NCBI GenBank assembly: GCA_963736655.1
Contig: CAVTPM010000015.1
Coordinates: 1,369,755 to 1,433,754, forward strand
Direction: 5' to 3'
DNA length: 64,000 nucleotides
Source: an uncultured Actinomycetota bacterium
GTDB lineage: Bacteria > Actinomycetota > Actinomycetes > DATJPE01
The stretch's first letter is position 1. Each line of letters opens with the position of its first letter. Below, piece after piece: positions 9,263-19,252 of the stretch. The translations under genes and the position numbers were made by a program. The notes under the pieces are model-generated. The model was not told the origin of the DNA, did not search any database, and saw nothing but the letters and a program-made list of their open reading frames with translations.

Positions 9263-9925
9263 GTGGTGACCGAGACCGAGCCCCACACCGAGATCATCCG
9301 GGTCTTCCTGCTCGACGACCACGAGGTGGTGCGCCGAGGGCTCCGCGAGCTGCTCGAGCCCGAGCCGGACCTCGAGGTCGTGGGAGAGGCAGGGTCCGCC
9401 GCCGAGGCGCTGCGCCGGATCCCGGCCATGCGCCCGGACGTGGCCGTGCTGGACGCCCGACTGCCCGACGGCTCCGGGATCGACGTGTGTCGAGACATCC
9501 GCAGCGCGCACCCGGAGATCCGGGCCTTGATCCTCACGTCCTTCGACGACGACGACGCGCTCTTCGCCGCGATCATGGCGGGGGCCGCCGGCTACGTCCT
9601 CAAGGACATCCACGGCGACGATCTCATCGACGCGATCCGCCGGGTCCATTCCGGGCAGTCGCTGCTCGACCCGGCCGTGACCGGACAGGTGCTCGAGCGG
9701 CTGCGCCACGGCAAGCCCGAGGACAAGCGGCTGGCGTCGCTGTCCGACCAGGAGCGGCGCGTCCTCAGTCTCATCGGGGAGGGGCTGACCAACCGGCAGA
9801 TCGCCGAGCAGATGTTCCTTGCCGAGAAGACGGTCAAGAACTACGTCTCGAGCCTGCTCAGCAAGCTCGGGATGGAGCGACGCACCCAGGCGGCGATCTT
9901 CGCCACGCGACTCGAGGACGACTGA
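9263..9925 (+). CDS. NarL/LuxR-family response regulator, DosR/DevR-like
   Basis: [98 protein letters not shown]. Confidence 0.92.
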   Translation: MVTETEPHTEIIRVFLLDDHEVVRRGLRELLEPEPDLEVVGEAGSAAEALRRIPAMRPDVAVLDARLPDGSGIDVCRDIRSAHPEIRALILTSFDDDDALFAAIMAGAAGYVLKDIHGDDLIDAIRRVHSGQSLLDPAVTGQVLERLRHGKPEDKRLASLSDQERRVLSLIGEGLTNRQIAEQMFLAEKTVKNYVSSLLSKLGMERRTQAAIFATRLEDD

Positions 9926-9984
9926 GAGCGCGGGCCGACCTGCCTGGCACCGTCCTGACACGCGACCTCGGGCCGGGTGAGCGG

Positions 9985-9998
9985 GGGTCCTTTGACCC
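9985..9998. promoter_or_regulatory. DosR-box-like palindrome GGGTC-CTTT-GACCC
   Basis: Perfect 5-bp inverted repeat with 4-nt spacer, about 35 nt upstream of ATG 10034. Confidence 0.6.
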
Positions 9999-10033
9999 TA
10001 ACGACGGGGGGCTCGACTTGCCACGCTCGCCCT

Positions 10034-10459
10034 ATGCCCGCCTCGAGCCGTCCCGATGACGGACCCCTCGTGGAGCTCCCGCGGCACGAGTGCCTCGCCC
10101 TCCTGCGGGGGCAGTCCCTGGGCCGCGTCGCCTACACCGACCACGCACTTCCAGCCATCACACCGGTGAACTACGCCCTCGACGGCGACACCATCGTCTT
10201 CCGCACCGCACTGGGGTCGCGCCTGGCCGAGGGCACCCGCGACGCCGTGGTCGCCTTCGAGGTGGACGAGGCGGACGCCACCACCCATGAGGGCTGGAGC
10301 GTGGTCGTCGTGGGCGTGGCGAGCGAGGTGTCGCGAGCGAGTGAGACCCTGCGGGCGATCGAGCTGACGCTGACCCCCTGGGCCGGCGGGGAACGCAACC
10401 GGTTCGTCCGGATCACCCCGACCTTCGTCACCGGCCGACGGCTCACCGGCGCGGCCTGA
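10034..10459 (+). CDS. pyridoxamine 5'-phosphate oxidase-like flavin-binding protein
   Basis: ELPRHECLALLR...GRVAYT...PVNY...IVFRTA.GSRL...VAFEVDE...GWSVVVVG...PWAGGERNRFVRI..VTGRRL. Confidence 0.88.
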   Translation: MPASSRPDDGPLVELPRHECLALLRGQSLGRVAYTDHALPAITPVNYALDGDTIVFRTALGSRLAEGTRDAVVAFEVDEADATTHEGWSVVVVGVASEVSRASETLRAIELTLTPWAGGERNRFVRITPTFVTGRRLTGAA

Positions 10460-12063
10460 GCCGTCGACGGCGGGCCCGAGGGGCACGCACCCAGGAGACC
10501 GCGGTGCCGCCTTCCGGACCGGCCGCCACCTGGCAGGTGCCGTCCAGCGCCTCGGCGCGCCGCTGCATGTTGTCCAGCCCCCCACGTCGGCCGGGCTCCC
10601 CGAGCCCGCGACCGTCGTCGACGACGGTGAGGACGAGCTCGTCGCCGATCATCAGCGCGACCTCGACGGACGAGGCCCCGGCGTGGCGGGCCGCGTTCGA
10701 CAAAGCCTCCCGGAGCACCGCGTAGAGGTGCGGCACGACGGGGTCCGGCAACGACTCCACCGGGCCCTCCACCGTGAAGTCGGGCATGAAGCCCAACGGC
10801 GATCGAGCTGCGGCCACGATCCCTTCAAGGTCAGCACGGACGTCGCCCTCCCCCGGCCGCCGGTGCAGCTGGAAGATGGAGCGACGCAGCTCCTTGACCG
10901 TCAGGTCGAGGTCGTCGACCGCCTGCTCCACGCGCCGTTGCTGCTCGTCCTGCGGGAGGGCCCGACGGCTCATCGTGCGCAGAGAGAGGCCCACGGCGAA
11001 CAGCCGCTGGACGACGAGGTCGTGGAGGTCTCGCGCGATCCGGTCGCGGTCCTCGTAGACGTCGAGGCGAGCCCGGTCGCTCTGCGCCCTGGCCAGCTCG
11101 AGGGCGAGGGCAGCCTGCTCCGCGAAGCCGGCGGCCATCACGAGCTCCTGGTCGGCGCCGAACCGGTCCGCATCCTGCCGCCTGCCGAGGACGAGGACCC
11201 CGACGGCACCGCCTGGCGAACGCATGGGAGCGAGCACCGTCTCGTCCAGCCCGAGATCCGCGCCCCAGTCGGTGCCGCTGACGAGCATGGCGGTGCGCCC
11301 GCCGGCCACCTCGGCCAGCGGCCCGACGAGCGGCACCTCGTCGCCGGCGACCCAGGTACCCGGCACCCCGTCGACGACTTCGACCACCAACCCGTTCTCG
11401 TCCGCGAGCAGGATCGCCGCCATGTCGACGTCGGCGACCTCGCGGGCTCGAGCCGCCAACAACCGGAGCGCCTCCGAACGCGGGGTCTCGGAGAGCAGCG
11501 CGTTGGTGATCTCGGCTGCGACCGCCAGCCAACGCGCTCGACGACGACTCGTCTCGTACAGCTCGGCCTTGTCGATCGCGATGCCCGCTGCTGCCGCCAG
11601 CGCGACGACGACTTCCTCGTCGGTCGACGAGAACGCGGCGTCGTCGATCTTGTCGGTCAGGTAGAGGTTTCCGAACACCTGCCCCTGCACGAAGATCGGC
11701 ACCCCCAGGAACGAACGCATCGCCGGGTGGTGCTCGGGGAAGCCGACCGAGCGCGGGTGGTCGGCGAGGTCGGCGAGCCGCAACGGGCGCGGGTCGGCCG
11801 TGAGCACACCGAGGACCCCCCGGCCGCTCGGCAGCTCCCCGAGCGCGGCGCGCTCCTCCGCGGTGATGCCGTACGTCACGAACTGGGCCAGCCGCCCCGA
11901 TCGCGGGGCGAGCACCCCGAGGGCGCCGTAGCGGGCACCCACCAGCCCGCAGGCGGTCGCGACGATCTGGTCGAGCACCGCATGCCAGGTCGAGGTCGGC
12001 GTTGACCGCGACGACGGCCTCGAGGAGGCCGCGCATGGGCAGTTCGTCGGGGCCGCTCGTCAC
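10443..12063 (-). CDS. double-GAF sensor histidine kinase, DosS/DosT-like (frameshift near 11985)
   Basis: LLEAVVAVNADLDL / GARYGALGVL, GFPEHHPAMRSFLGVPI, RIARDLHDLVVQRLFA (HisKA_3), EALSNAARHA, DDGRG HATPase motifs. Confidence 0.9.
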
Positions 12064-12111
12064 GGCTCGATCCTAGGCAGGCGCGGCCCTAGGCACCGGC
12101 CCGACCGGCGG

Positions 12112-12642
12112 TCAGTCGCCGGTGGACCCGTCGATGCGCCTCGCGGATCAGGTCCGCGTGCCCGTTGTGGCGGGCGTACTCCTCGATCATGTGCACGAGG
12201 ATCCAACGCAGCGACACCGACTGCCCTCGGCGCCCCCAGACGCCTTCGACCTCGAGCGTGTCGGCCTGCGCCTCGGCGACCCGTGACGGTCCCGATGGCC
12301 TCGAGGAAGCGAGTGACGTCCTCCGCGACGTCCGCAGCGTCGACGTCGTCGAAGTCGCCGTCCTCGTTGGTGTCGGACCAGTAGAGCGGCGGGGTGTCCG
12401 CGCCCTGCAGGACGCGCTGGAACCAGTGCCGCTCGACCTCGGTCATGTGGCGCACGAGCCCCAGGAGGGACAGCGTCGAGGGCGGCACCGCCCTGCAGCC
12501 GGAGCTGGTCGTCGCCGAGCCCGACGCACTTCATCGCCAGCGTCGCCCGGTGGAAGTCCAGCCAGGCGACGAGCATCGAACGCTCGTCAGCGCCGACGAA
12601 GGGTGGGTCGCTGCGCACCGCGAGGTCTTCGAGATCGCCCAT
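12112..12642 (-). CDS. DinB/DUF664 family protein (two or more frameshifts)
   Basis: [64 protein letters not shown] pieces in three frames. Confidence 0.85.
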
Positions 12643-12661
12643 GCCGGCGATGCTCCCACCC

Positions 12662-13768
12662 CTAGCCCCTGGTGCGCGCCCACTGCGCCAGCAACGGGTC
12701 GACGACGCGGTAGCCGCCAGGGGCACTGCCATCGACCTCGAGCTCGGCGCGCTCGACCAGTGCTCCGAGGGCGGCGCGTACGGCTCCGCCCCGGGAGCCT
12801 CCCACCGAGGGCGCCGAGTACGGGCGCTGCCCCTGGGCCACCGCGACGAGGGCGCGGCGTTGACCCCCCGGAAGGCCCCACCAGAAGGCCCGGAACTCGT
12901 CGTCGAGGTCGTCGAGCACCTGGGTGCGCGCAGCGAGGAAGGTCTCCTCGTCCGCCGCTCTCCTCCCCGTCTGCTCCCACACCGCGTGGGCCAGCAGGAT
13001 CGTGCGCTGTGGATGACCCGCCGCGAGGTCGAGCAGCGGCCCCAGCGAGGTCCCTGCGTCCTTCCCGGTGTCGGCGAAGCGGGCCTCGATGAACTCGGCG
13101 CAGTCGGCAGGGGCCAACGGGGGCAACGGGACGGGCCGCGCCTGGGCATAGAAGGCCCGCCGACGATCACCGAAGAGCGCGGTCATCATGCCGACGTGCG
13201 AGCCGGCGAAGACATAGCTCGCGGCCTCACCGTGATGCTGGATCGAGGACCGGATGACGGCATCGGCCGAGGCGTCGGCGACGAGCACCTCCTGGAACTC
13301 GTCGAAGACGACGAGCGTGCGCGTGCCCCAGCGCTCGTAGACCCGGAGAGGAAGGTCGAGACGCTCCGCCAGGCTGTGACGCACGGGGGTGAGGTGGGCG
13401 GTCGCCCGGACCGGCCCAGCGCCTGCCGAGACCGTCGGCTTCAGCCCGGCCCGAACCCCGTCGAACCACCGGGCGGCGCGGCCGGTCAACGCCTGGGCAT
13501 AGGCCCGCTCGATGCGGTCGGCAACGTCGGTGAGGGTGAGGACCCCGAAGAAGTCGACGTACACACCGGTCCACCCCTGCGCGCCCGCCTCGCCGAGGAC
13601 CCGGCGCAGGACCGAGGTCTTCCCGAACCGGCGGGGAGCCACCAGACGGGAGTGGTTGCTCTCCTTGGCGGTGGCGAGGAGGAGGTCGGTCTCGACGTCG
13701 CGGTCGATGAGGTCGTCGATGCCGACGGGTCGCGTGTACCGGAAGGGGTTGGTCGGAGCGGGAGCCAT
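12662..13768 (-). CDS. stand-alone P-loop ATPase (archaeal-type ATPase_2/AAA) with probable C-terminal winged helix
   Basis: NPF...LIDRDVE, Walker [10 protein letters not shown], Walker [19 protein letters not shown]. Confidence 0.8.
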   Translation of the reverse strand: MAPAPTNPFRYTRPVGIDDLIDRDVETDLLLATAKESNHSRLVAPRRFGKTSVLRRVLGEAGAQGWTGVYVDFFGVLTLTDVADRIERAYAQALTGRAARWFDGVRAGLKPTVSAGAGPVRATAHLTPVRHSLAERLDLPLRVYERWGTRTLVVFDEFQEVLVADASADAVIRSSIQHHGEAASYVFAGSHVGMMTALFGDRRRAFYAQARPVPLPPLAPADCAEFIEARFADTGKDAGTSLGPLLDLAAGHPQRTILLAHAVWEQTGRRAADEETFLAARTQVLDDLDDEFRAFWWGLPGGQRRALVAVAQGQRPYSAPSVGGSRGGAVRAALGALVERAELEVDGSAPGGYRVVDPLLAQWARTRG

Positions 13769-13775
13769 GCTCTCT

Positions 13776-13798
13776 ATTCTAGAGCATCTTCACTCTAG
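13776..13798 (-). promoter_or_regulatory. leaderless -10 (TAGAAT) overlapped by a CTAGAG-N8-CTCTAG inverted repeat
   Basis: The reverse complement of 13776-13781 is TAGAAT, 7 nt before ATG 13768; perfect 6-bp inverted repeat at 13779-13798. Confidence 0.55.
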
Positions 13799-13822
13799 GA
13801 TCACGAGCATTCGGTTCGGGTC

Positions 13823-14714
13823 TCATCCTGGGAACGGCCGGAGGACGTACGGCTGGACGGGCAGGCCGTCGGCCCGCAGAGCGGCGACCCGGATCACCGG
13901 ACGGACGGCCTCGACGATGCGGCCACCCCCCAGAGCGATCGCCACGTGGGAGATCGGTGACCCGTAGAAGACCAGGTCCCCGCGGCGGCGTTGGCCGAAC
14001 GGCACGTGCCGCAGCGCGGAGTCGTACAGGTACTGGGTGGTGCGGAAGTCGGCCCGTACGTGCCGGTCGGTGTCGAGCCCGGGCACGACGCGACCGCCGG
14101 CGTACATCGCCTGGAGCACGAGCCCCGAGCAGTCGAAGCCGATCGGGCCGGCCCCACCCCAGACGTAGGGCACGCCGGCACGCCCGGACGCGTAGGCGAT
14201 CATCGCCTCGATCCGCGCCCGGGCCGAGGCGCGGGCAGCGACGACCGGCTGCTGGGTGTACCGGTCGACGCAGAAGGGGTAGCCCGTGCGGAGCTTCCTC
14301 CAGGTCGCGGCGTCGACCAGCCCCGTGACCGCCAGCCGATGGGCGGCCTGGAACTCGCGCACGGCCGCCGAGGTGGCAGCGTCGTAGCGCTCGCGGTGCC
14401 CGACCAGGTGCAACGCCTTCTGGACGAGGTACACCTTGACGCCGGTGATGCCCGGACCGACGACGAGGCAGCCGTCCGGGACGCGCACCTGGGTGACGTA
14501 GACCGCGCCGGTGGACCGCGACGACGGCGAGGGCTGCAGCGTGGCCTCCGGCGCCGTGGGAGACGAAGGGGCGGCGGAGGACGGTGCAGGGGCGGTCGAC
14601 GAGGGCACCGAGGAAGCCGCCGGCGTGGTCACCGGCGGTCCTCCAGACCCTGCGCAACCCACGAGGACGGCCGTCGACGATAGCGACGGCGAGCACGCTG
14701 TGCCACCGGGTCAT
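13823..14714 (-). CDS. NlpC/P60 (C40) endopeptidase with peptidoglycan-binding domain, probable lipoprotein (frameshift in the signal peptide)
   Basis: VLVG-C lipobox-like, Ser/Pro linker, TSAAVREFQAAHRLAVTGLVD, GVPYVWGG...FDCSGL, HVAIALG. Confidence 0.85.
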
Positions 14715-16220
14715 GCCCGCACACCGCCTCTCGACCGGGCCGTCGCGGTCGCGGCGCCGGCCGCTGCCAGCAGCAGGCCGAGGCCAGCCAGGACGACCGC
14801 GGCTGGGAAGGACGCCGGCACGAGTCCCACGCCCTTGGCGTAGCCCACGCCGAGCAGGAGGCAGAGCGCCGCCGAGGCCGCGCCCACCTGGGTCACGGCG
14901 CGTGCTCCCGAGCTCAGCGCGCGCTGCAGGACGGCGGCGATGCCGACGCAGAGGAGGCCGACCAGGGGGGAGACCTCGACCGGACCGAGCACGGCCACCG
15001 GGTCGACGAGCATCGTCACGTTCGTGGCCGCCAGCGCCAGGAACCCGAGGAACAGGCACAGCACCGCTTCGACGGCGGCCGTCGCGGTCACGAGGCCCCC
15101 GGGGGCGGGAGGAGCCGGGGGAACCTGCTCGAAGCGACGCAGCGCCAGCACCACCAGACCGAGCACGATCCCGGGGACCACGAGCCAGAGCAGACGCGAC
15201 AGCCACCAGTCGAGCCCGGGGGGAGTCGGTTGCGGGATGCCGAGCGGCAGCAGGAGCCGGCTGACCGTGATGAACACCGGTTGGTGCCACAGGTAGATCG
15301 TCATGATCGACAGGTTCACCGCGACCACGGCACCGTAGAGGCGGCGGCCCTGGAGCCACGGGAGGACGTAGGGCCGCAGCGAGGACGGTGAGACCGATCT
15401 GCCCCATCGCCAGGGCGGTGAGCGCGAGGGTGGGCGGGTTCATGTTGGCGATCCGGTCGCCCGGTACCCCCACCATCCGAGCCGGGTACGGACCGATCAG
15501 CACGGCCGCCGACAGCGCTGTGAACCCGCCGATCGCGAGAGCCGCGGCGCGCGCCCGGGTGAGCGAGCCCTCGGCGTAGAGGTAGCCGAGCTGGTGCGCA
15601 GTGACCCAGACGAGGAGCACGTTGACGAAGCCTGCGGCGCCGATGCCGACCCCGAACCGCAGGACGTCGACGACCACGACGAGCCCGAGCATCGCCAGCA
15701 CGGCCGCCCAGCCCCGACGACGGTGCAACCGCAGCGTCACGGGGGTGAGGGCGATGACGACGACGTACACGCCGAGGAACCACAGCGGCTGGAGCAGAAC
15801 TCCGGCACCTGCACCGAGCCCGGCCCCGTCGAACAACGCCACAGCGACGCCGCCGAGAGTCACGACACCGAGCAGGACCCCGACCGGCGTCATCAGCCGG
15901 CGCAGACGTCGGTCGACGAAGGCGGCGTAGCTCTCACCGCGGCGCTCGACGCCCTCCCAGGACCGCCGGTTCGCGTAGCCGCCGACGAAGAAGAAGAGCG
16001 GGATGACCTGCAGCACCCACGTGAGCGGCCACAACCACGGCGCCTCGCCGAGCGCGCTGACGAGCCCGAGCTCGCCGTCGCGCCAGATCAGCTCCGTGAC
16101 CAGCCAGTGGCCCAGGACCACCCAGACGATGCTGAGGCCGCGCACGAGGTCGACATACCGGTCGCGGTCCGCCGGAACAGGCAGACCGGCCGGCGCCTGC
16201 TCCGATCTCGCGCCGTGCCA
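14711..16220 (-). CDS. membrane acyltransferase (acyltransferase_3/OafA-like; frameshift near 15350, start uncertain)
   Basis: RDRYVDLVRGLSI..VVLGHWL, TWVLQVIPLFFFVGGYAN, QPLWFLGVY, ANMNPPT, MTIYLWHQP. Confidence 0.85.
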
Positions 16221-16272
16221 CGGGCCCTCCAGGGCTCATCTTCACGGTAGACGCGAAGATCGCCGGCCGGAT

Positions 16273-16286
16273 GGGACCTTGGTCCC
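16273..16286. promoter_or_regulatory. perfect DosR-box core GGGAC-CTTG-GTCCC
   Basis: Matches the GGGAC-N4-GTCCC consensus; lies between the divergent acyltransferase and CPBP protease genes. Confidence 0.7.
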
Positions 16287-16322
16287 GGAGGTAGGTCGTC
16301 ATCCGGAGGGACTCAGCCAGGG

Positions 16323-17027
16323 ATGGCTAGGGTCGCTGACGTGCCGCTCGTCCTCGCGGTCCTGGCCCTTGCTGGTGCCAACGCGCTCGACAACCGTTTC
16401 GTGCCGGCGCTCACGTTGCCCGTCAACCTGCTCACCGCAGCCGTCCTCGTCCTGCTCGCCCGTTGGGACGGCCTCGTGGCCGCGGACCTCGGACTCTCGC
16501 GCCGGACGCTGGGACGCGGCCTGCGATGGGGCGGCTCGGCCGCCGGGATCGTCCTCGGCATCTACCTGCTCGCGTTGCTGACCCCTCCCGGCCACGACGC
16601 CTTTCTCGACCGCCGGGCCGACCTGAGCGTGGGCGGCGGGCTCTATGGAGCCCTGGTCCGGGTGCCGTTCGGGACCGTCCTCCTGGAGGAGCTCGCCTTC
16701 CGTGGCGTGCTGCTCTCCATGGCATCGCGGCGCTGGGGTGCAGTCCGCGGGGTGGTGCTCTCCTCGGTGCTCTTCGGCCTCTGGCACGTGCTGCCTGCGG
16801 CCGAGACGGTCCGGGCGAACCCCGCACTGACGCGGTTGTTCGGCAACGAGACCACGGGACTGGTGACGTGGGAAGTGGTCGCCGTGCTCGCGACCACGGT
16901 GGCGGGCGCCGCCCTCTGCTGGCTGCGGCTGCGCAGCCGCAGCCTGCTCGCCCCCGTCTGCCTGCACTGGGCCACCAACGGCTTCGGCTACCTCGGAGCC
17001 CTCCTGGCGCGAGGCCTGTTGGCCTGA
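16323..17027 (+). CDS. CPBP (CAAX/Abi) intramembrane glutamic endopeptidase
   Basis: EELAFRGVL, SSVLFGLWH, HWATN motifs; multiple TM helices. Confidence 0.9.
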   Translation: MARVADVPLVLAVLALAGANALDNRFVPALTLPVNLLTAAVLVLLARWDGLVAADLGLSRRTLGRGLRWGGSAAGIVLGIYLLALLTPPGHDAFLDRRADLSVGGGLYGALVRVPFGTVLLEELAFRGVLLSMASRRWGAVRGVVLSSVLFGLWHVLPAAETVRANPALTRLFGNETTGLVTWEVVAVLATTVAGAALCWLRLRSRSLLAPVCLHWATNGFGYLGALLARGLLA

Positions 17028-17115
17028 TCGGCCTCAGGAACGATCGCCGCCACGGTCCGGGGGAGTCGAGGCTAGTCTCGAGAACTGCGGTCGGCTCCTC
17101 CATCGAAGGCGACCT

Positions 17116-17129
17116 GGGCGAAAGGTCCT
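17116..17129. promoter_or_regulatory. degenerate DosR-box-like site GGGCGAAAGGTCCT
   Basis: Lies 3 nt before ATG 17133; several mismatches to the consensus. Confidence 0.35.
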
Positions 17130-17132
17130 CCC

Positions 17133-17552
17133 ATGGACATCTCCGTCGGACTGGCGTTCGCCGCCACCCGCAGCAAGGGCACCCTGGTGACGATCCGCCG
17201 AGACGGTCGGCCGCAGGTCTCGAACGTCCTCTACGTGCTCGACGACGACGTGCTCGGTCTGTCCGTCACCGCGGACCGGGCCAAGACGCGCAACCTCCGC
17301 GCCGACCCACGCGCCTGTCTGCACGTGACCGACGAGACCTTCTGGCAGTACGTCGTCCTCGACGGCGTCGCCGACCTGAGCCCTGAGGCAGCGGATCCGC
17401 ACGACGCCACGGTCGACGCTCTGGTCGCGTACTACCGACGGCTGAGCGGGGAGCACCCGGACTGGGATGAGTACCGCGCCGCCATGGTCGCCGAGCGACG
17501 GCTCCTCGTCTCGCTCCGCGTCACCAGCGCCTACGGCCAGGTGTCGGGTTGA
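17133..17552 (+). CDS. PPOX class F420-dependent oxidoreductase
   Basis: LVTIRRDGRPQVSNV, SVTADRAKTRNLRADPRA, EHPDWDEYRAAMVAERR. Confidence 0.9.
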   Translation: MDISVGLAFAATRSKGTLVTIRRDGRPQVSNVLYVLDDDVLGLSVTADRAKTRNLRADPRACLHVTDETFWQYVVLDGVADLSPEAADPHDATVDALVAYYRRLSGEHPDWDEYRAAMVAERRLLVSLRVTSAYGQVSG

Positions 17553-17778
17553 CCGACCCGCGTGGGTCCGCACGCTGCCCGGGACATCACCCCTCACGTC
17601 CCCTCCGGTGTCGCCCAGGACGGACTCCGCAGCACCGCTACCGAACACCGATGCCACCGCGACCCTCGCGGTCCACCTGAGGAGCCCCCCAGCCGACGGG
17701 ACGTCACCCGATACCCTTGGCGACGAGCAGGCGGCGGCGAGAGACGGGCCCATCGTCCTGCGCTTCTCGTGTTCCCCC

Positions 17779-17854
17779 GCCCTCGTAGCTCAGGGGATAG
17801 AGCATCGGTTTCCTAAACCGTGTGTCGGCAGTTCGAATCTGCCCGAGGGCACCA
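17779..17854 (+). tRNA. tRNA-Arg (anticodon CCT) with encoded CCA
   Basis: GCCCTCG acceptor pairs with CGAGGGC; D arm GCTC/GAGC; anticodon loop TTCCTAA; T arm GGCAG-TTCGAAT-CTGCC; ends ACCA. Confidence 0.95.
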
Positions 17855-17924
17855 AGCCCGCGACCGCGCGCACCCGGGAGCGGGCCGATCCCGCTACGGT
17901 CACCCGAACCGAGCGGAGGTGCGG

Positions 17925-18393
17925 ATGACCGGTCCGTCGACTGTGTCCGTCTTCGTCGCCGCGCCTCCCGAGACCGTCTACGACCTGGTCGCCGACTTGA
18001 CGCGGATGGGCGAGTGGAGCCCGGAGACGACCGAGGTCAGGTGGCTCGACGGTGCCACCCAGGCCAAGGTCGGGGCACGATTTCGTGGCACCAACCGCAA
18101 CGGTTTCCGCCGCTGGAGCACGTCTGCACCGTGGTGACAGCCGAACCGGGCGTCGCCTTGTGCTGGCGGTCGAGCTCGTTCGGCCTGGACGTCGCGCAGT
18201 GGAGCTACCAGTTCGCCCCGGACGCGACGGCGGGACCACGGTGACCGAGTCCACCCACGACGAACGTGGCTCGCTGATGCGACGGCTGGCACCACTGGCC
18301 ACCGGGATTCGGGACCGGGCGAGCCACAACGGCGTCACGATGCTCGCCACCCTGCATCGTCTCAAGGCCGAGGCTGAGCGCACCTCGACCTGA
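17925..18393 (+). CDS. SRPBCC (polyketide cyclase/dehydrase) family protein (frameshifted)
   Basis: VAAPPETVYDLVADLTRMGEWSPET...VGARFRGTNRNG..RW; WSYQF and ESTHDER...TLHRLKAEAE in other frames. Confidence 0.8.
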
Positions 18394-18424
18394 GTCCCGC
18401 ACCGACGGCACCGAGGACGTGCAC

Positions 18425-18438
18425 GGGACTTTGGTCCT
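18425..18438. promoter_or_regulatory. DosR-box-like site GGGAC-TTTG-GTCCT
   Basis: One mismatch to GGGAC-N4-GTCCC; upstream of the regulator-narGHJI unit. Confidence 0.65.
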
Positions 18439-18487
18439 GACTTTCGATCGACCTCCGTCCCGACCTCTGGCCTCGCCCTCGAGGTTT

Positions 18488-18513
18488 ATTACTACGGTCG
18501 ATTCCGTGGAAAT
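18488..18513. promoter_or_regulatory. inverted repeat ATTACTACGG-N6-CCGTGGAAAT, candidate operator
   Basis: 8/10 match between arms; AT-rich; directly adjacent to ATG 18515. Confidence 0.5.
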
Positions 18514-18514
18514 C

Positions 18515-19252
18515 ATGGGTCCGGCGTCCTCGCGCCCCGACACGCGAACGCCGCCGCTGTCTGGTCCCCGCGCACGCGTCCTCGACGCGCTCCATGCATC
18601 GCCGGCCCCCAGCACGGTCGCGACGCTCTCCGAGCAGCTCGGCATCCACACCAACACGGTGCGCGAGCACCTCGAGGCGCTGGTGACCCGGCGGCTCGCG
18701 ACCAAGCAGCTGCGCCCCCCGGTCGGCCGCGGTCGGCCTGCCTGGTCCTACAGCGCCGCCGGGTCCGCGGACCTCGACCCTCGCGTGCGTGACTACGCCG
18801 CCTTGGCGACCGCCCTCGCCGGACAGATCGCACGTACCAGCCCGGACCCGCACGCCGACGCCCTCGCAGCGGGCGAGTCCTGGGGGCGTGAGCTCAGCGC
18901 CGGCTTTCCCCCGCGCGGGCCGGCCGAGGCGCGTCGCAGCGTGGTGGAGCTGCTCGCCGACCTCGGCTTCGAGCCCGCGGCCAACGCACGCGCCACCACC
19001 ATCCGGTTGCGCTGCTGCCCGCTGCTGGAAGCGGCCAGGGCCCGCCCCGACATCGTCTGCCCCGTGCACCTGGGACTCGTCCGCGGCGTGCTGTCCGAGC
19101 TTGGTGGCGAAGCAGAAGGCGCCACGCTGACCCCGTTCTCCGAGCCCGGTGCCTGCCGGCTCGACCTGCCCGCCGCCGCGGACCCGCCGAGCCGAGGGCC
19201 GTCACGTCCTCCGCCCGCGCCCGCCACTCACCTTGGAGCGTCCCGACCGTGA
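18515..19252 (+). CDS. HTH transcriptional regulator with Cys/His sensor domain (COG2345-like)
   Basis: LSEQLGIHTNTVREHLEAL HTH, GRGRPAWSY wing, LRCCPLLEAA...VCPVHLGLVRG...GAC; stop overlaps the narG start (GTGA). Confidence 0.85.
   Translation: MGPASSRPDTRTPPLSGPRARVLDALHASPAPSTVATLSEQLGIHTNTVREHLEALVTRRLATKQLRPPVGRGRPAWSYSAAGSADLDPRVRDYAALATALAGQIARTSPDPHADALAAGESWGRELSAGFPPRGPAEARRSVVELLADLGFEPAANARATTIRLRCCPLLEAARARPDIVCPVHLGLVRGVLSELGGEAEGATLTPFSEPGACRLDLPAAADPPSRGPSRPPPAPATHLGASRP

Noticed and set aside
13779-16145. 788-aa acyltransferase-NlpC/P60 fusion
   Set aside because: The C-terminal part is out-of-frame read-through; the two genes have their own stop/start overlap at 14711-14714.
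17553-17778. Possible small gene or ncRNA between the PPOX gene and the tRNA
   Set aside because: No convincing RBS, motif or structure; treated as intergenic.
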